Source: Heteronotia binoei (Eukaryota). From it: a stretch of DNA of 64,000 nt. Of the stretch, positions 37,501-50,679 are shown piece after piece. The translations under genes and the position numbers were made by a program. Positions within the stretch are counted from its first letter, which is position 1, and each line of letters begins with the position of its first letter. Location: contig NC_083237.1 in assembly GCF_032191835.1 (NCBI RefSeq), positions 40,672,001 to 40,736,000 on the forward strand. The letters run 5' to 3'. Below the pieces are notes generated by a model that saw only the letters and a list, made by a program, of their open reading frames with translations, did no database searches and was not told the origin of the DNA.

Positions 37501-39707
37501 CATTTGAATTGAGTCTAGCACTAAAGTCTCTCTCCCCCCCCCCCCCTTTAGAATCAGGTGTGCTGGAGTATCTAATAAAAGTTCTTCAATAAAAAATTCA
37601 GATTAATTACAGCACCTTGCTATATCTGATCATTTTTGCTGGGGAGGGATATATACATTTAGTATTAGAAGAGACCCCATTTTGAAGTGTAGGAGGATAG
37701 CCATTGCCCATGGGTTTGAATTTTTTAGATGGACACATTCAATTTAAGTGATGTAGAAATTAGGATTCCTAAACCCCCATGAAGGGTTTTAGAGGTGGGG
37801 TTTGATGCAGTGTGCTGGAAGTGATATAGAGGAGTGAAGTTCAGGAAGTGACATCACTTGACCTTTGACTTGGAAGTGATGTCACTTCCTTGCTCCTGGC
37901 TCCACCCCCAAAGTCTCCTGGCTCCACCCCCAAAGTCCCCAGATATTTCTTAAATTGGACTTGGCAACCCTACTTGGCAACAAAAAACAAACACACATTT
38001 TCAGTCATTGAGATACCTGTGTATTAAGGATTTTAAAGCGAATACCAACCAGTTGTGTATGGGTATTTTATATATCTTAGTGCTATGTGATTATCAACTT
38101 TCCCTAATTCCACTCTTCAGCTTGTCAGTCTTCTTAAAAAGGAGCAAAATCAGAAGTCTGACAATTCTAGGGCAATGCAGGGGAAAAACATGGAATATTA
38201 TGATAATTTCTCTTAATAGATACACTGAAACCAGGAAAACTTTTCATATCTTCTGTTGACACCTCTAAAATAATTTTAGAAGAGAGGGCTTGAATCAAGG
38301 AAACTGACATGTACTGCATTTTGAGGCTTGGTGCTAATACTGCATATAGGAATAATTACATATTTATTTGTTTGCTTTACCTTTATTGGTATACATAAAG
38401 AGATAAGACCATTAATACAGATTGGAATGCTTCTTCAGTTTAGAAATACAATAAGTCACCCTGTAAGCGATCTAACCTTGAGATCCCTGATCATCATAGC
38501 AACGCAAAGATACCTAACTACTGATTATGTAATATGGGGACGCGAGTCAGATAATATAGCAATAACATATTACCCAAAGGAGGCAGTCTCCTTTTAATTT
38601 GGGGGAATTAGTGAAGGACAGAGTTTGTGGGAGGGGATGGCTAGTGAAATATCCACCAGCATTTATGGGGATCATTCCCTTAGAGAACTCTTGAAATGAG
38701 TCAGTCCAAGTGAAATAGATAAATGAAAAAGAAGAAGAGGAAAACATACACAAGAGAACACAGAGATGCAAACATACAAGGTTAACAATGATTAAAAGGA
38801 AGCAGCAAATATAATCATTAGGGTGGGTGATATTTGTCTATCTAGATGTAAGTGAGGTCTGTTGAAGATGAAATGACATGTGTTTTGGTCATGAGGTCTG
38901 CATCCAGGAGAACATACACATATCTCTGGTCAGCCTAGTAATAGTAAAATTTTTCCCCTGTTGCAGGATGATGTGGGTACTCCAAAACAATACTCTTGAA
39001 AACTTTATGGTGATTAACAATGATTTGGGCAAAGTTCTGATTGCTTCATCAAGAGGGCAAAGCTATGGCTGCTGCTGAGTGTTTGGTTAAACTATTCCAA
39101 ATGCTACTTGATGACATGGTCATTATTTTGGTTGGGAAAACTATCCGCGTTGCTGGTCAGGCAAAGGTGGGAAGGTGAGATGCGGTAATGAGGCTGATGA
39201 GATGGGATTAAATCCAGGTGGATGAGGTTAGTTCTGGGATGAGGCAGCCAGGCTTTGGAAGTCCTTTATAATCCATTTATGCTTACCTTAGGGTGGGGAG
39301 GAGGTTGCAGCAGAGTCAGACATCTTGACATTACACCTTCAAGAATCACCGCACAGACATGCTATGAGGTCTGTCAGCATAGAATCAATTTTGTGTACCT
39401 TTTGATCAGGCTGAATGGTATGTGTGACTCTGGGCTGCAATTAAAAGAAGGGTTTTTGCATGCAAACTACCCCTCAAGAGGAGAGGGTCTGCCTGCTTAC
39501 AAACAGAATAATTATACAGGAATAATAGAGTGATCATTGAATTTATTTCATAGGGAAAATATTTGGTTTAGGGTTCTCATAACTTAAAACACACAGTACA
39601 TGCTTGATATATTTCAGCTCAGCTGTGTCAGTATTTTAAAAATGTTGCTTTGGAATCAATGTACTTGAGATAAATAACAATACATATGTTTCTAAAATTC
39701 CTTAGCT

Positions 39708-40652
39708 TTATGGAATGAATTTCTTATGCATAATCCTCCCAGTAATATTTCGTAAAGCATCTCTGACCTCCTGGTTTCTTAGGCTATATATGAAAGGGTT
39801 GACCAGAGGGGGCAGCACTATATATAGGAGAGAAGAAAATTTTCCTGTACCTGTCTCTCCTTCAGTCTTTGGCAGCATATACACAACAATTAGAGACCCA
39901 TAAAAAATAGAAATGACAGTTAAGTGAGAGGAACAGGTAGAAAAGACCTTTTGTCTCCCAGTAGTGGATGGAATTTTGAAGATGGCACTGATAACGTATA
40001 CATAAGATATCACAATGAGAAGGAATGGACAAACAAGAAACATGGCATCCACAATATAACCCAACAGTTTCAGCACTGTAGTATCACTGCAAGAGAGCTC
40101 TAGGATTGGGAAATAGTCACAAAAGTAATGATCAATTACATTGGGGCCACAATAATTTAATTGCAACATCAGAAAGAGTAAGGGCAAAAAACAAATAAAT
40201 CCATTCAACCAAGATGTAGCTGCTAACTGGACACAAGTTTGGGTCTTCATCATGGTTGCATAGTGTAATGGTTTGCAAATTGCCAAATACCTATCATAAG
40301 ACATTGCACAGAGTAAACAGCTTTCTGAAAATATCAAACTACCACAGGTATACCACTGTGTTAAGCAACTGCTGAAAAAAATCATTTTGTTCCCAGTCAG
40401 CAGATCTGAGAGCATCCTCGGAAATATATTGGACGTATAACAAAACTCCAGGAAGGAGATGTTCCCCAAGAAGAAATACATGGGAGTATGCAGGCGCTGC
40501 TCAAAGATTACTAGGACCAATATAAGAATGTTTCCAGTTATGGCCACAATGTAAATCACTAGAAAGACCAGGAAAAGAAGAATATGAAAGTCAACCAAGT
40601 CTTGAAATCCAAGAAGGATGATTTCTGTTATCTTTGTTTCATTTCCTAACAT
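39708..40652 (-). CDS. Olfactory receptor, class II, intact, 314 aa (OR-3)
   Basis: NET sequon and all OR motifs as in OR-2; acceptor ttttttcaacag upstream. Confidence 0.95.
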   Translation of the reverse strand: MLGNETKITEIILLGFQDLVDFHILLFLVFLVIYIVAITGNILILVLVIFEQRLHTPMYFFLGNISFLEFCYTSNIFPRMLSDLLTGNKMIFFSSCLTQWYTCGSLIFSESCLLCAMSYDRYLAICKPLHYATMMKTQTCVQLAATSWLNGFICFLPLLFLMLQLNYCGPNVIDHYFCDYFPILELSCSDTTVLKLLGYIVDAMFLVCPFLLIVISYVYVISAIFKIPSTTGRQKVFSTCSSHLTVISIFYGSLIVVYMLPKTEGETGTGKFSSLLYIVLPPLVNPFIYSLRNQEVRDALRNITGRIMHKKFIP

Positions 40653-40785
40653 CAGGATGTCCTGAGAGTCAGATCCTGTTGAAAAAAGTGAAATACAAAA
40701 TAAAAAGATTAATTTTGTGGAGTATTTTCTGTGTTGTATGTATGTGAGTCTGCATGTATGCCTGAAAGTTCTGCCTACTTCTGGT

Positions 40786-41725
40786 CTCCATGATGAGTTT
40801 CAATCTAGTTGAGAAAAGGAAGCCTTGAAAGTTTTAAAAACTTTAAATCTGTCTCCCCAGCCCTTTTAGACCTTCAGGTAGAGTGGGATAAATTATTAAT
40901 TAAACAGAGAGAGGTTGGTAATGAAAGGCAAATGGACAACCTCAGATCTTCAGGCTGTATTTCTCCCACAAACAAAAGATTAATTTCTGTGCCTGCCAGA
41001 TACTTATACCTCCTTGAACCTCATAACACCAGAAGGGCATTCACACTAGCAAGAAATTTATCATCTCTCTGCAATGTTAGAAGGGAAGAATAAAGCAATT
41101 CTTATTCTAGGAGACTATGTTCAGGCCTCGGATTCAGCAGGAGCTCACAGGAGCGCAGCTTTTGAACCTTTCTGAGGGTTCCCCCTCCTCCTTCCCACTT
41201 TGCCCATTGAATAGTAGGTGCAGCTGCATACCAATCTGTGGATGTGCTCCACCACCTATTTTTCTACAAAACGACCCCTGACCATGTTTATGTCCATTAC
41301 AAGAAACTGACACATTAGAACTTATATTTTTCAATTGTCCATATTATAGGAGAATAAGAGTGGAAACACAACGATAGATTGGGCTAGATTTCTATTGACG
41401 CAATGATAGAAAGATTCCCAGATAGATTAAACAAAACTGTGTTGGAATATTTACTTTCAGATAACAATCATGAGACAACATGTCAGGTTTACAAACATCC
41501 AAAACTTCAGATAGTGGTTTGAGCAAGGTCTGATTTTTATGTAGACAATTTAGGATTTTGTATTTTATATTGTATGATACTATTATATATAACTTGCTTA
41601 GATTTTAATACTAAAGTTGAGATGTCTAATTTTAATAGATTTCTTAATATGACTTTCCCTGGTTGTAAGGACTATGCTGGTTGTTGACTGCATTATTAAT
41701 GATTGATTGAATGATTGATTGATTG
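40786..41725 (+). mobile_element. RTE-X-like 3' fragment with (GATT)n tail, containing a small MITE (~41123-41280)
   Basis: 9-bp TSD ACTTCTGGT (40777-40785, 41726-41734); RRAFTLARN motif. Confidence 0.75.
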
Positions 41726-42159
41726 ACTTCTGGTGATCACTATTGGGACATAAAGGACATTTAAAGAAATAGCTTGATCCACCCTACCTCTGCCTCCCGC
41801 TCCAGGTACTCCAAGGAGGTCTCCCATTCAGTAACTTCCACGGGTTGGCTCTGCTTAACTTTCAAGATCTGACAAAACTAAGCTTGCCTGGGCTATCCAG
41901 GTCAGAGCAAAAAGATTAATACTTTTGATCAGGGCTTTACTTTTGATTAATACTTTTGATCAAGCCAACCAGAACTGCCACCAAGCCAGCCAGAACTGCA
42001 TTCCTGTGCGTTCCTGCTTAGAAAACAACAACAAAAAAGCCCCTCTGCTTTTGATAAAGAAACCAAGGCATCAATCTAATGACCTCCCTTTCCTGAACAA
42101 AGAGCTTTTCCCTGCTCAAAAGTTTCTTGTTGCATCTGAGGAAGCTTCATCCATTCAGT

Positions 42160-42300
42160 NNNNNNNNNNNNNNNNNNNNNNNNNNNNNNNNNNNNNNNNN
42201 NNNNNNNNNNNNNNNNNNNNNNNNNNNNNNNNNNNNNNNNNNNNNNNNNNNNNNNNNNNNNNNNNNNNNNNNNNNNNNNNNNNNNNNNNNNNNNNNNNNN
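42160..42300. other. Assembly gap
   Basis: Run of N. Confidence 0.99.
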
Positions 42301-42334
42301 CATTGGTCTCCACTCTGAATTTTAGATTCTGCCC

Positions 42335-42565
42335 TCCACTCTGAATTTCAGAGTCTCAGAGCAGCTCAGAATCTCCTTTACCGTTCTTTCCCACAACAGA
42401 CACCCTGTGAGGTGGGTGGGGCTGAGAAAGCTCTCCCAGAAGCTGCTTTTCAAGGACAACTCTGCAAGAGCCATGGCTGACTCAAGCAGCTGCAAGTGGA
42501 GGCGTGGAGAATCAAACCTGGTTCTCCCTGGTAAGAGTCCGCACACTTTACCACCACACCAAACT
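42335..42565 (-). mobile_element. Squam3-like SINE
   Basis: Reverse complement of the 6611/63713 SINE type. Confidence 0.8.
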
Positions 42566-42677
42566 AATAAAAATAAAGTGCACAATTGTATCATTGAAAC
42601 CGCCCCCCCCCCCGGTCCATGGAAAAATTGTCTTCCATAAAACCGATCTCTGGTGCCAAAAAGGTTGGGGACCGCTG
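42566..42677. mobile_element. hAT-Charlie (MER1/Charlie3-like) terminal fragment
   Basis: ggtccatggaaaaattgtcttccataaaaccg...ggtgccaaaaaggttggggaccgctg resembles the MER1 terminus as I recall it; not database-checked. Confidence 0.6.
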
Positions 42678-42904
42678 CTTTAAGGCATAGGTTGACTTAA
42701 TAGTCTTATCAGGGTTTCATAGTGACGCATCCTTCAAATAAAAAGATGCATCCTCTTCTTGGGTCCTCCATGCTGATCCTATGAACAAAGGTGTTTCCCT
42801 TCTTTCCCTGAGTTTCACCCACTATTCATTCAGACTATCCATCAAGACTATTCGTTCAGTGGGAGAGAGACACTCAATCTATTTTTTTTATCTCACATGA
42901 ACGT

Positions 42905-44130
42905 ATAATAATAATAATAATAAAAAAAATAAATTTTATTTATACCCCGCCCTCCCCGCCGAGACAGGCTCAGGGCGGCTTACAGGACATGGCAAAAGCC
43001 ATATTAAAACAATAAAACAAGATTATATAGTTCAATACAGTTAACAATTAAATATTTAAATAATCTAAAAACAGTCTAAAAATATAATCTAATAGTGCTA
43101 CTATCTCAGTTATGTTAACGTTAATGATTGCGTGATGTTTATTCCAAGCTCCATCTTAGAAGGCTAGCTGGAAGAGGGCGGTTTTGCAGGCCCTACGGAA
43201 TTGGCCAAGATCCCGCAGGGCCCGCACCTCTTCCAGCAGCTGTTTCCACCATTGGGGTGCTTTTATAGAGAAGGCCTGTTCTCTAGTTGTTTTTAGTCTG
43301 GCCTCTTTTGGCCCAGGTACTTTCAGAAGGTTTTGTGAACTGGATCGTAGTGCTCTCTGGGGAACATATGGAGAGAGGCGGTCCCTAAGGTAGGCAGGTC
43401 CTCAGCCATATAGGGCTTTAAAGGTAATAACCAGCACCTTGTAACGAACTCGGTAAACAATTGGCAGCCAATGCAGCTACCGCAGCCTAGGCTGCACATG
43501 TTCCCACCGAGGTAGGCCCAATAGCAGTCTGGCTGCTACATTCTGCACTAGCTGCAGTTTCCGAGTTCGGCACAGGGGCAGCCCCATGTAGAGGGTATTA
43601 CAGTAATCTCGAGGTGACCATTGCATGGATCACTGTTGCCAGGTCATTGCGTTCCAGGAAGGGAGCCAACTGCCTCGCCCGCCTAAGATGAAAGAAGGCG
43701 GATTTGGCAGTGGCTGCTATCTGGGCCTCCATTGTCAAGGAAGACTCCAGTAGCACTCCCAAGCTCCTGACCCTGTGCACTGGTACCAGTGATGCACCAT
43801 CAAAAGCTGGAAGGGAGATCCCTCCCTCCGGACCACCGCGCCCTAGGCAAAGGACCTCTGTCTTCGCTGGATTCAATTTCAGCCCACTCGACCTAATCCA
43901 ATCTGCCACAGCTTGCAACGCCCGGTCCAAGTTTATAGGGACATCGGCAGCCTGGCCGCCCATCAGTTAGATAGACCTGGGTGTCATCCGCATACTGGTG
44001 ACAACCCAGCCCGTACCTCCGGGCAATCTGGGCAAGGGGGCGCATGTAGATGTTAATTAACATCGGGGAGAGAACTGCCCCCTGAGGCACCCCACAGTTA
44101 AGTAGGTGTCTCTGGGACAGCTCTCCCCCA
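42905..44130 (-). mobile_element. 5'-truncated L2 LINE
   Basis: QGAVLSP, HQYADD, LKLNPAKTE; 3' tail at 42905-42975; absent from paralogous units. Confidence 0.9.
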
Positions 44131-44519
44131 ATTAATTAAAGATGCTTTTGGTAGAGATTATGTACAAACATTCATTGCAGATAGCTGCAGAGGCACATAG
44201 TGGGTGGTCCTGATTCATTTGATTCATTTGGCCTTTACTCCTTGCATCTGTTGCATTGTTGGTAATGCTGAAAAATCCAGAAACATGTAAATGCTTTTTC
44301 TACCTCACCAATGACAATTGTTCTTACAATGGTTATTTCATGCATAATGAGTTCATAGCATATTCTTATTGTCAAGCCTTCATGATATAGAACACTTGAA
44401 ATCATAAACACTGGAATCCTAATAAGCATAAGAAATCCTAAATTCTTAAGAAGTTTGGAGGGAGGACCTTCCTAGTCCCAACTAAGGAATTAGATTGAAA
44501 ATGATCAATTAAATATCCC

Positions 44520-44730
44520 TAACCTTGATTGCCCAGACAATCCAGTCAGATCTCAAAAGCTAAACAGGATCATCCCTGAATAATATTTGGATGGATACCA
44601 CCAAAGGAATAGGAGGGTTGCTACACAGAGGAAAGCAATTGCATACCACTTCTGAACATCTCTTGCCTTGAAAATCCTACATGGTCACCATTAATCAGCT
44701 GTGACTCATCAGCACATTCCACCACTATAT
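44520..44730 (+). mobile_element. 5S-derived SINE with RTE/BovB-like tail
   Basis: gatctcaaaagctaaacagg...tatttggatgga head; ccacttctgaacatctcttgccttgaaaatcctac tail. Confidence 0.55.
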
Positions 44731-44944
44731 GGAAAACCTGGAAGGTAGCTGGTCAAATTCTACCAACTGTTTTGCTCTTGAAAAAAAGAAAATATGTAAT
44801 TGGGCATTATATTAGGTGAGATTGAGCAAACAAACTGCCCAAACCCATTCGGAAATACCTTGTCTCTGTAGTTCTACAGCTCTAAAATGTAGGTTGTCTT
44901 TCTGTTCTTCATTTTAATTTATGGCTGTAGAAGTGATGTAAGTT

Positions 44945-45775
44945 GGGGGAGCAACAGTGGGAGGGCTTCCGATGTCCTGGTCCCACTAGTGGACTCCTGA
45001 TGGTACCTGTTTTGTGTTATTTTTTGCCACTGTGTGACAGAGTGTTGGATGATGGGCCTGATCCAACATGGTTTTTCTTATGCAAATGTCAAGACAGTGT
45101 GCGTTTGCAATAAAAAAGGCCAACGCCATGCTGGGAATTATTAGGAAGGGAATTGAAAACAAATCAGCCAGTATCATAATGCCCCTGTATAAATCGATGG
45201 TGCGGTCTCATTTGGAGTACTGTGTGCAGTTCTGGTCGCCGCACCTCAAAAAGGATATTATAGCATTGGAGAAAGTCCAGAGAAGGGCAACTAGAATAAT
45301 TAAAGGGCTGGAGCACTTTCCCTATGAAGAAAGGTTGAAATGCTTGGGACTCTAGCTTGGAGAAACGTCGACTGCGGGGTGACATGATAGAGGTTTACAA
45401 GATAATGCATGGGATGGAGAAAGTAGAGAAAGAAGTACTTTTCTCCCTTTCTCACAATACAAGAACTCGTGGGCATTCGATGAAATTGCTGAGCAGACAG
45501 GTTAAAACGGATAAAAGGAAGTACTTCTTCACCAAAGGATGATTAACATGTGGAATTCACTGCCACAGGAGGTGGTGGCAGCCACAAGTATAGCCACCTT
45601 CAAGAGGGGTTTAGATAAAAATATGGAGCACAGGTCCATCAGTGGCTATTAGCCACAGTGTATGTGTGTATATAAAATTTTTTGCCACTGTGTGACACAG
45701 AGTGTTGGACTTGATGGGCCGTTGGCCTGATCCAACATGGCTTCTCTTATGTTCTTATGGTCTTATGTTCTTAAG
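44945..45775 (+). mobile_element. Two tandem CR1 3' fragments
   Basis: Short 3' end (~44950-45080), then KKANAMLGII...LEYCVQFWSPH...RRLRGDMIEVYK and cttatg tail; TAAGTT direct repeat at flanks. Confidence 0.88.
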
Positions 45776-48595
45776 TTATTGAAGCAGATTGTTAGTATAA
45801 GTACAAATTATTCTAACCCTTCAGTAACCCACATGGCCAAGGTAACCTGGGGATGATTATGGTGCAGTAGTTAGGGTGGCAAAACAGGGGCTGGAAAAAT
45901 AAAGTTCAAATCCACACTCAGCCATGAAACTCACGCAGTAAACACCAGTTAAACTGAGGTCACTGTGAGTATAAAAAGGAGGGGTGGAATTCCATATACA
46001 GTACTCAGAGCTCCTTGGAGGAAGTTATGATTAAAAATGACCTCAAAATGTTCATTCTGGGGAAGTTTGGTTATCTCCATGATTCAGAATTATCATATAT
46101 CCTTACCAAAACCCTCAATCTGATTATGCTGGGTCTGGTTTGCCCTGTTCAGATAGCTGACTCCATGCCTAAACTGATATTTCACCTTAGTCTAGCATAA
46201 ATTACTAATTCATCCATTCTTTCTAATATCAATGGACTGAAATCACCTGCTTTCTCGCTGACATTTGTGCAATGCAAGCAAGACACAGCTCTTTCCCTAT
46301 CTGAAGGGGATACAGACTTTGTTGTTTGCATTTAATAAAAATCAACACTGAGCCTAAATATTATTTCCAAAGAGGTCATATTAATGTACATCTATTTCAA
46401 GCATCCAGGATTCTTTCATGCATAAATTAATCCCACAGAATGATTTTTCAGCATCATCTTGTTTTAAATACCAGTCTCTTATTTATAAATGGTTCCTTCT
46501 TTTAACTAGACAGAATTGACAAGACAAAGGTACATTAAACAGAGAAATATTAAGCAAGGCACACTAAGAGGAGAAATACATTTGCTTTTCAGAAGAGATT
46601 ACTCAATGCTGAGACTATGTATCAACCCAGTTCTTCTCACCTCAGTTCCTTGACTCACAAATGCCTCAAACAGTGTGCGAGTTTTGATGTCATACATAGC
46701 ATGTTCTATGGAGTATGTTTCATTTCGATAGCAGTGACTTTTCTCACACTGTATTTAAGCTCAAGCAATCAACAATACATTTATACTTAGTGTATGAGTT
46801 TTTATATCCTCTGTACTAGCTTTTAAGATAAGGAAACAATAATATTTCTATCTTTTTTTCTAATTAGTTGATGCAAATAAATAAATCCTGAACCATTAAC
46901 AGAGCAAAATACCCTTGAGGGACAAAAAACTGTGAGAGCATATGAGTCATTGGGAACAGTTTATTTTTTTAAAAAAGCTTAAGACACAACTGTTCAGCCA
47001 TCTGGGATATAATGTCTTTTTAAAAAACAAACTCAGCATCTACCTAACAATGCTTCTTGAATTATAATTGTCATAATAAAACCTTGCTCCCATCTTACTT
47101 TCTAAATTACTTTCTCCTATGTGACCACAGTGCAATGATGATGATTTCCATCTGTCTGCTTCATATGTTTTGGTTATTTCCCCATTTTTAAGGGTGAAAC
47201 TATTAGAAAGCTGGTCAAATCTTAGAGTTCTGCAGAATCCTTGCAGGGTTTTGAACAATGGAGGCCAGAAGCTAATTAGCTCTGGCACCTCTTTTTCTAC
47301 AAAATGATCACTGTACAGGATAATAACTCTGCTATGAGAACAAAATTAAGAAGGATTCCAGCATCTTTCTGGATGAAGCAGTCTGTTTATCCCATTCCTT
47401 ATCTTTGCCAGCTAAGCACTACAATACTGTACACAGCCCTACTAGCCCTACTAGTAGAGTGACAGATGAAAAAGACAAAAAAATTATAGATCATTATTCA
47501 CAACTGGCTCCTTGCCATACAATGCATTCAATGTGTGTATCCATGCCAAGGCAGCATTTTTCTTGCAAAACTACTCATCTGGCAGCCCCCCGAAAATTAT
47601 GCTCACTTTTCTGGAAACCAGACTCTGAAACGTCATTGTGAGAACTCCCATCCCCATGGTCAGATGTTGCATCTGACCCCTGTTTTTTTTTAATATAAAT
47701 CCTTTTTGTATCCAGTAAGATTTCTTCTGAAAAAAAGGCAGAAGGTCCTCTCTAACCACCCCATAAGACTGTGCTGGGGGTCATGGGACTTGAATGGAGA
47801 AAAGTCATATGGGGCACTGGCTGTATTAACAAAGGAAAATTAGGTGCAATGTCATGAAAAGAGCTGGCTATAGTAATCCCTGTGATTCTATAGGAATAAC
47901 ATGTTACCCAAAGGGGACAGAGCTTGCGAGAGGGAATGACTAGCAAAATCTCCACCAGCATTTATGGGAACTTTCCCCTTAGAGAACGCTTGAAATGAGC
48001 TAGTCCAAGTTTATTTTCTATTTAATTAATGTTTATATTTATGTTTATTTCAATTTATACCCCGCCCTCCCCGCCGAGGCAGGCTCAGGGCGGTTTACAT
48101 CAAAATCATAGTATACTATGATCACAATCATAAAATCAATAAAACCATAAAGCAATATAAGTTAAAACAATATACAATTGGTGCTAACAAATTAGATGTT
48201 ACTCATTCTCAGGACGACAGTTGTTCCAGAATTTTCCTACAGTCGACTGAAGACGTGCCAGAAGAGAACGGTCTTACAGGCCTTGTGGAACTGAGCAAGG
48301 TTCTGCAAGGCCCTAACCTCTTCTGGCAATTGATTCCACCAAGAGGGGGCTGCCACTGAGAAGGCCTGATCCCTAGTGGTCGACAGTCTCGCCTCCTTCA
48401 ACCCAGGGATCACTAGGAGATGTTGAAATCCAGATCTTAGCACTCTCTGGGGAACGTGTGGGGACAGACGGTCCCTCAGGTAAATGTGTCCTTGGCCATA
48501 TAAGGCTTTAAAGGTAATAACCAGCACCTTGTAACGAATCTGGTACACTATTGGTAGCCAGTGCAGTTCCTGCAGCACTGGCTGTATGTGCTCCC

Positions 48596-49063
48596 TGTCA
48601 AGCAATGTTCATTATAAACTGAATGATTAATGTTTCTTTATTATAGTTATCAGAATGTAGAAATGTTACTAACCCTGAATTCTGAATTGAGCTATGCACA
48701 TCAAAGTAATAGAACTCCCCCCCTCCCTTTTCTCGTCTCTACTAACAAATGCAAGAATGTGCCCTTTGAAGTACAAACCCCCAAGGACAGACTCTGAGGC
48801 TAGCAAGGCCATTCCGGACGCTATAGAGATAAGGAAGTAACTGTGGTGTGAAGATTCACACATGAACCCTAGAATGTTTTGAGAATAGAGCTTTGTTTAT
48901 AGGATCTTTGATGTGCCATCTTTAAGTATGCATTTCACTGCTAGTATGTATCAGTTCCAATACCTCGCTTGGATGGGTTACTTGGATTATCAATAAAGCC
49001 AACTTTGTTTCATTAAATCAAAGACTGGTTACTTTGGAATCTCATGAACTCCCTTGCTTGACA
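48596..49063 (+). repeat. 5' LTR of element 3 (468 bp)
   Basis: 10-bp perfect inverted termini TGTCAAGCAA/TTGCTTGACA; AATAAA at 48992. Confidence 0.95.
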
Positions 49064-49065
49064 TT

Positions 49066-49076
49066 TTGGAACTGAT
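49066..49076 (+). promoter_or_regulatory. Putative self-priming primer-binding site TTGGAACTGAT
   Basis: 2 nt after the LTR end; exact complement of ATCAGTTCCAA at 48950-48960; lacks the TGG start of a tRNA PBS. Confidence 0.8.
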
Positions 49077-49117
49077 CCATACTAAAGGTTTATCTGAACT
49101 AGCGACTTTTAAGCCAG

Positions 49118-50657
49118 ATGGCCGAAAAAGCGCTAGACGACAGAGAGCCTACCCAACTAACCGAAGGAGCAGAACCAAAGTCTCCCCCCTGGCACTCCCT
49201 CGGAGCTCAAAGGGTCAGAGGATCCGGGTCCCCCCTGCATGTGCAGCAATTATTCATCACCCTGCGGAAGTGGGAGCCACGAGTATCCACAGCCCTGATG
49301 GACGAGGCCCCAGTGTGCCGTGAAACCCTCCTAACCCGGCCGGGAAAAGGGGGTAAGTGGGGGAACCCTGGAGATGATGAAAGAGGAAACCCGGGGCCCG
49401 ATGATGATCGCCACGGAGGATCGGAATCCGAGGAGAACAGGAGTCCCCCCAAAGAGACGGACATCCTAAAGACCGTCAGGGGTGAGATGACCACGATGGC
49501 CTGAGAACTACGGGATGAGATGCAAGCAAACGCCACCCTCATGGCGCGAGAGGTACAGAAGCAGATCGACTGACTACTGCTATGTGACTTTGGAAGAGCC
49601 CCACCAGCCTCGCCGCAACCACCTGCACCACCAGCACGCCCACCACAATCGCTGGCACCACCAGTATGCCCAGCAGTGCCTGCTCAGCCAGCGGCCCCAG
49701 TGATCCCAGCCCCACCACTGGCTCCAGCGGCCTCAAGGGCCCCAGTTCCAGCTCCAGCCTTATGGGGGCCCTGGGACTACGGAAGGGGCTGTGAGTTGGA
49801 TGCAATGTTCGATGGGGACCTTGAAGAGGTGGAATATTTCACGATACAAGCCAATAGTTACATGCACTATTGGGGGAACACGTTCCCAGATGACTTCAGT
49901 CGAGTGGATTACCTGGGGTCAAAGCTAAAGGGGGCAGCGAGGCAATGGTACGTGAGCCTCTGTGAGACACGGAGCCCTGAACTCAACACGGTGGCCGGGT
50001 TCCTGCAAGCACTACTGGCGCAATACAAGGACCCCCTGCAAGAGACGTGGGCCATCACCGCCCTGAGACACATGCAACAGGGGCTGAAGTCAGTACGAAA
50101 ATACACAGCTGACTTCAGAGCCCAGTGCGCCAAGATCCGGGGTTAGAGCGAAATGATGAAGGTCGAGGTGTACCAGCGTGGGCTAAATGCCAGCCTACTG
50201 GATCGGGCCCTGCAACAAGCATGCCCGGTCACTCTAGTAGGGTGGGTGCAACTAGCTGGTGAGGTGGAGACCAACATGAAGAGAGTCGCCCTCCAATGCT
50301 AACTGCAGCAAGGGGGTAAGGGGGGATGTGAGGCTCGGTTGGGGGCTAAAGCAGAGGGAAAGAAGGGCTCGGCTTCGGGAGGGGCCCCCCAAACCCCTCC
50401 AGTGCATAAGTGTTTCTGCTACGGCGACTTGGGCCACTTGGCTGCCAACTGCCCGGAGAGACCTCAAGTCCCCACCCCCCTCTTACTCTGAAGCCAGCAG
50501 CAACGGGACCAAAGAAGACACCGCCAGGCCCAAGGAGTCGGTTTGGGGGAGCACCGCAACATCGATGGTGGTAGATGAGGATACTATAATTTTGGACGAC
50601 CTGAGTGAAGAATCATGGGAAGCCATGCCGGCGGAAAACGAGAGCGACCTGCACTGA
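49118..50657 (+). pseudogene. gag: gag of element 3 (capsid domain of the PEG10/RTL1-related type, CCHC remnant), disrupted
   Basis: FDGDLEEVEYF...KLKGAARQWY; KCFCYGDLGHLAANCP at ~50408-50458; Pro/Ala-rich repeat; several stops and frameshifts. Confidence 0.85.
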
Positions 50658-50679
50658 GGTGTGCTGGGAGGCAGGTCGT
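50633..50679 (+). promoter_or_regulatory. Candidate -1 ribosomal frameshift signal
   Basis: G_GAA_AAC, 5-nt spacer, 8-bp stem CGACCTGC/GCAGGTCG; pol ORF is in the -1 frame. Confidence 0.65.

Noticed and set aside
49118-50657. Domesticated PEG10/RTL1-like host gene
   Set aside because: gag has multiple stops and frameshifts and sits between LTRs with a TSD
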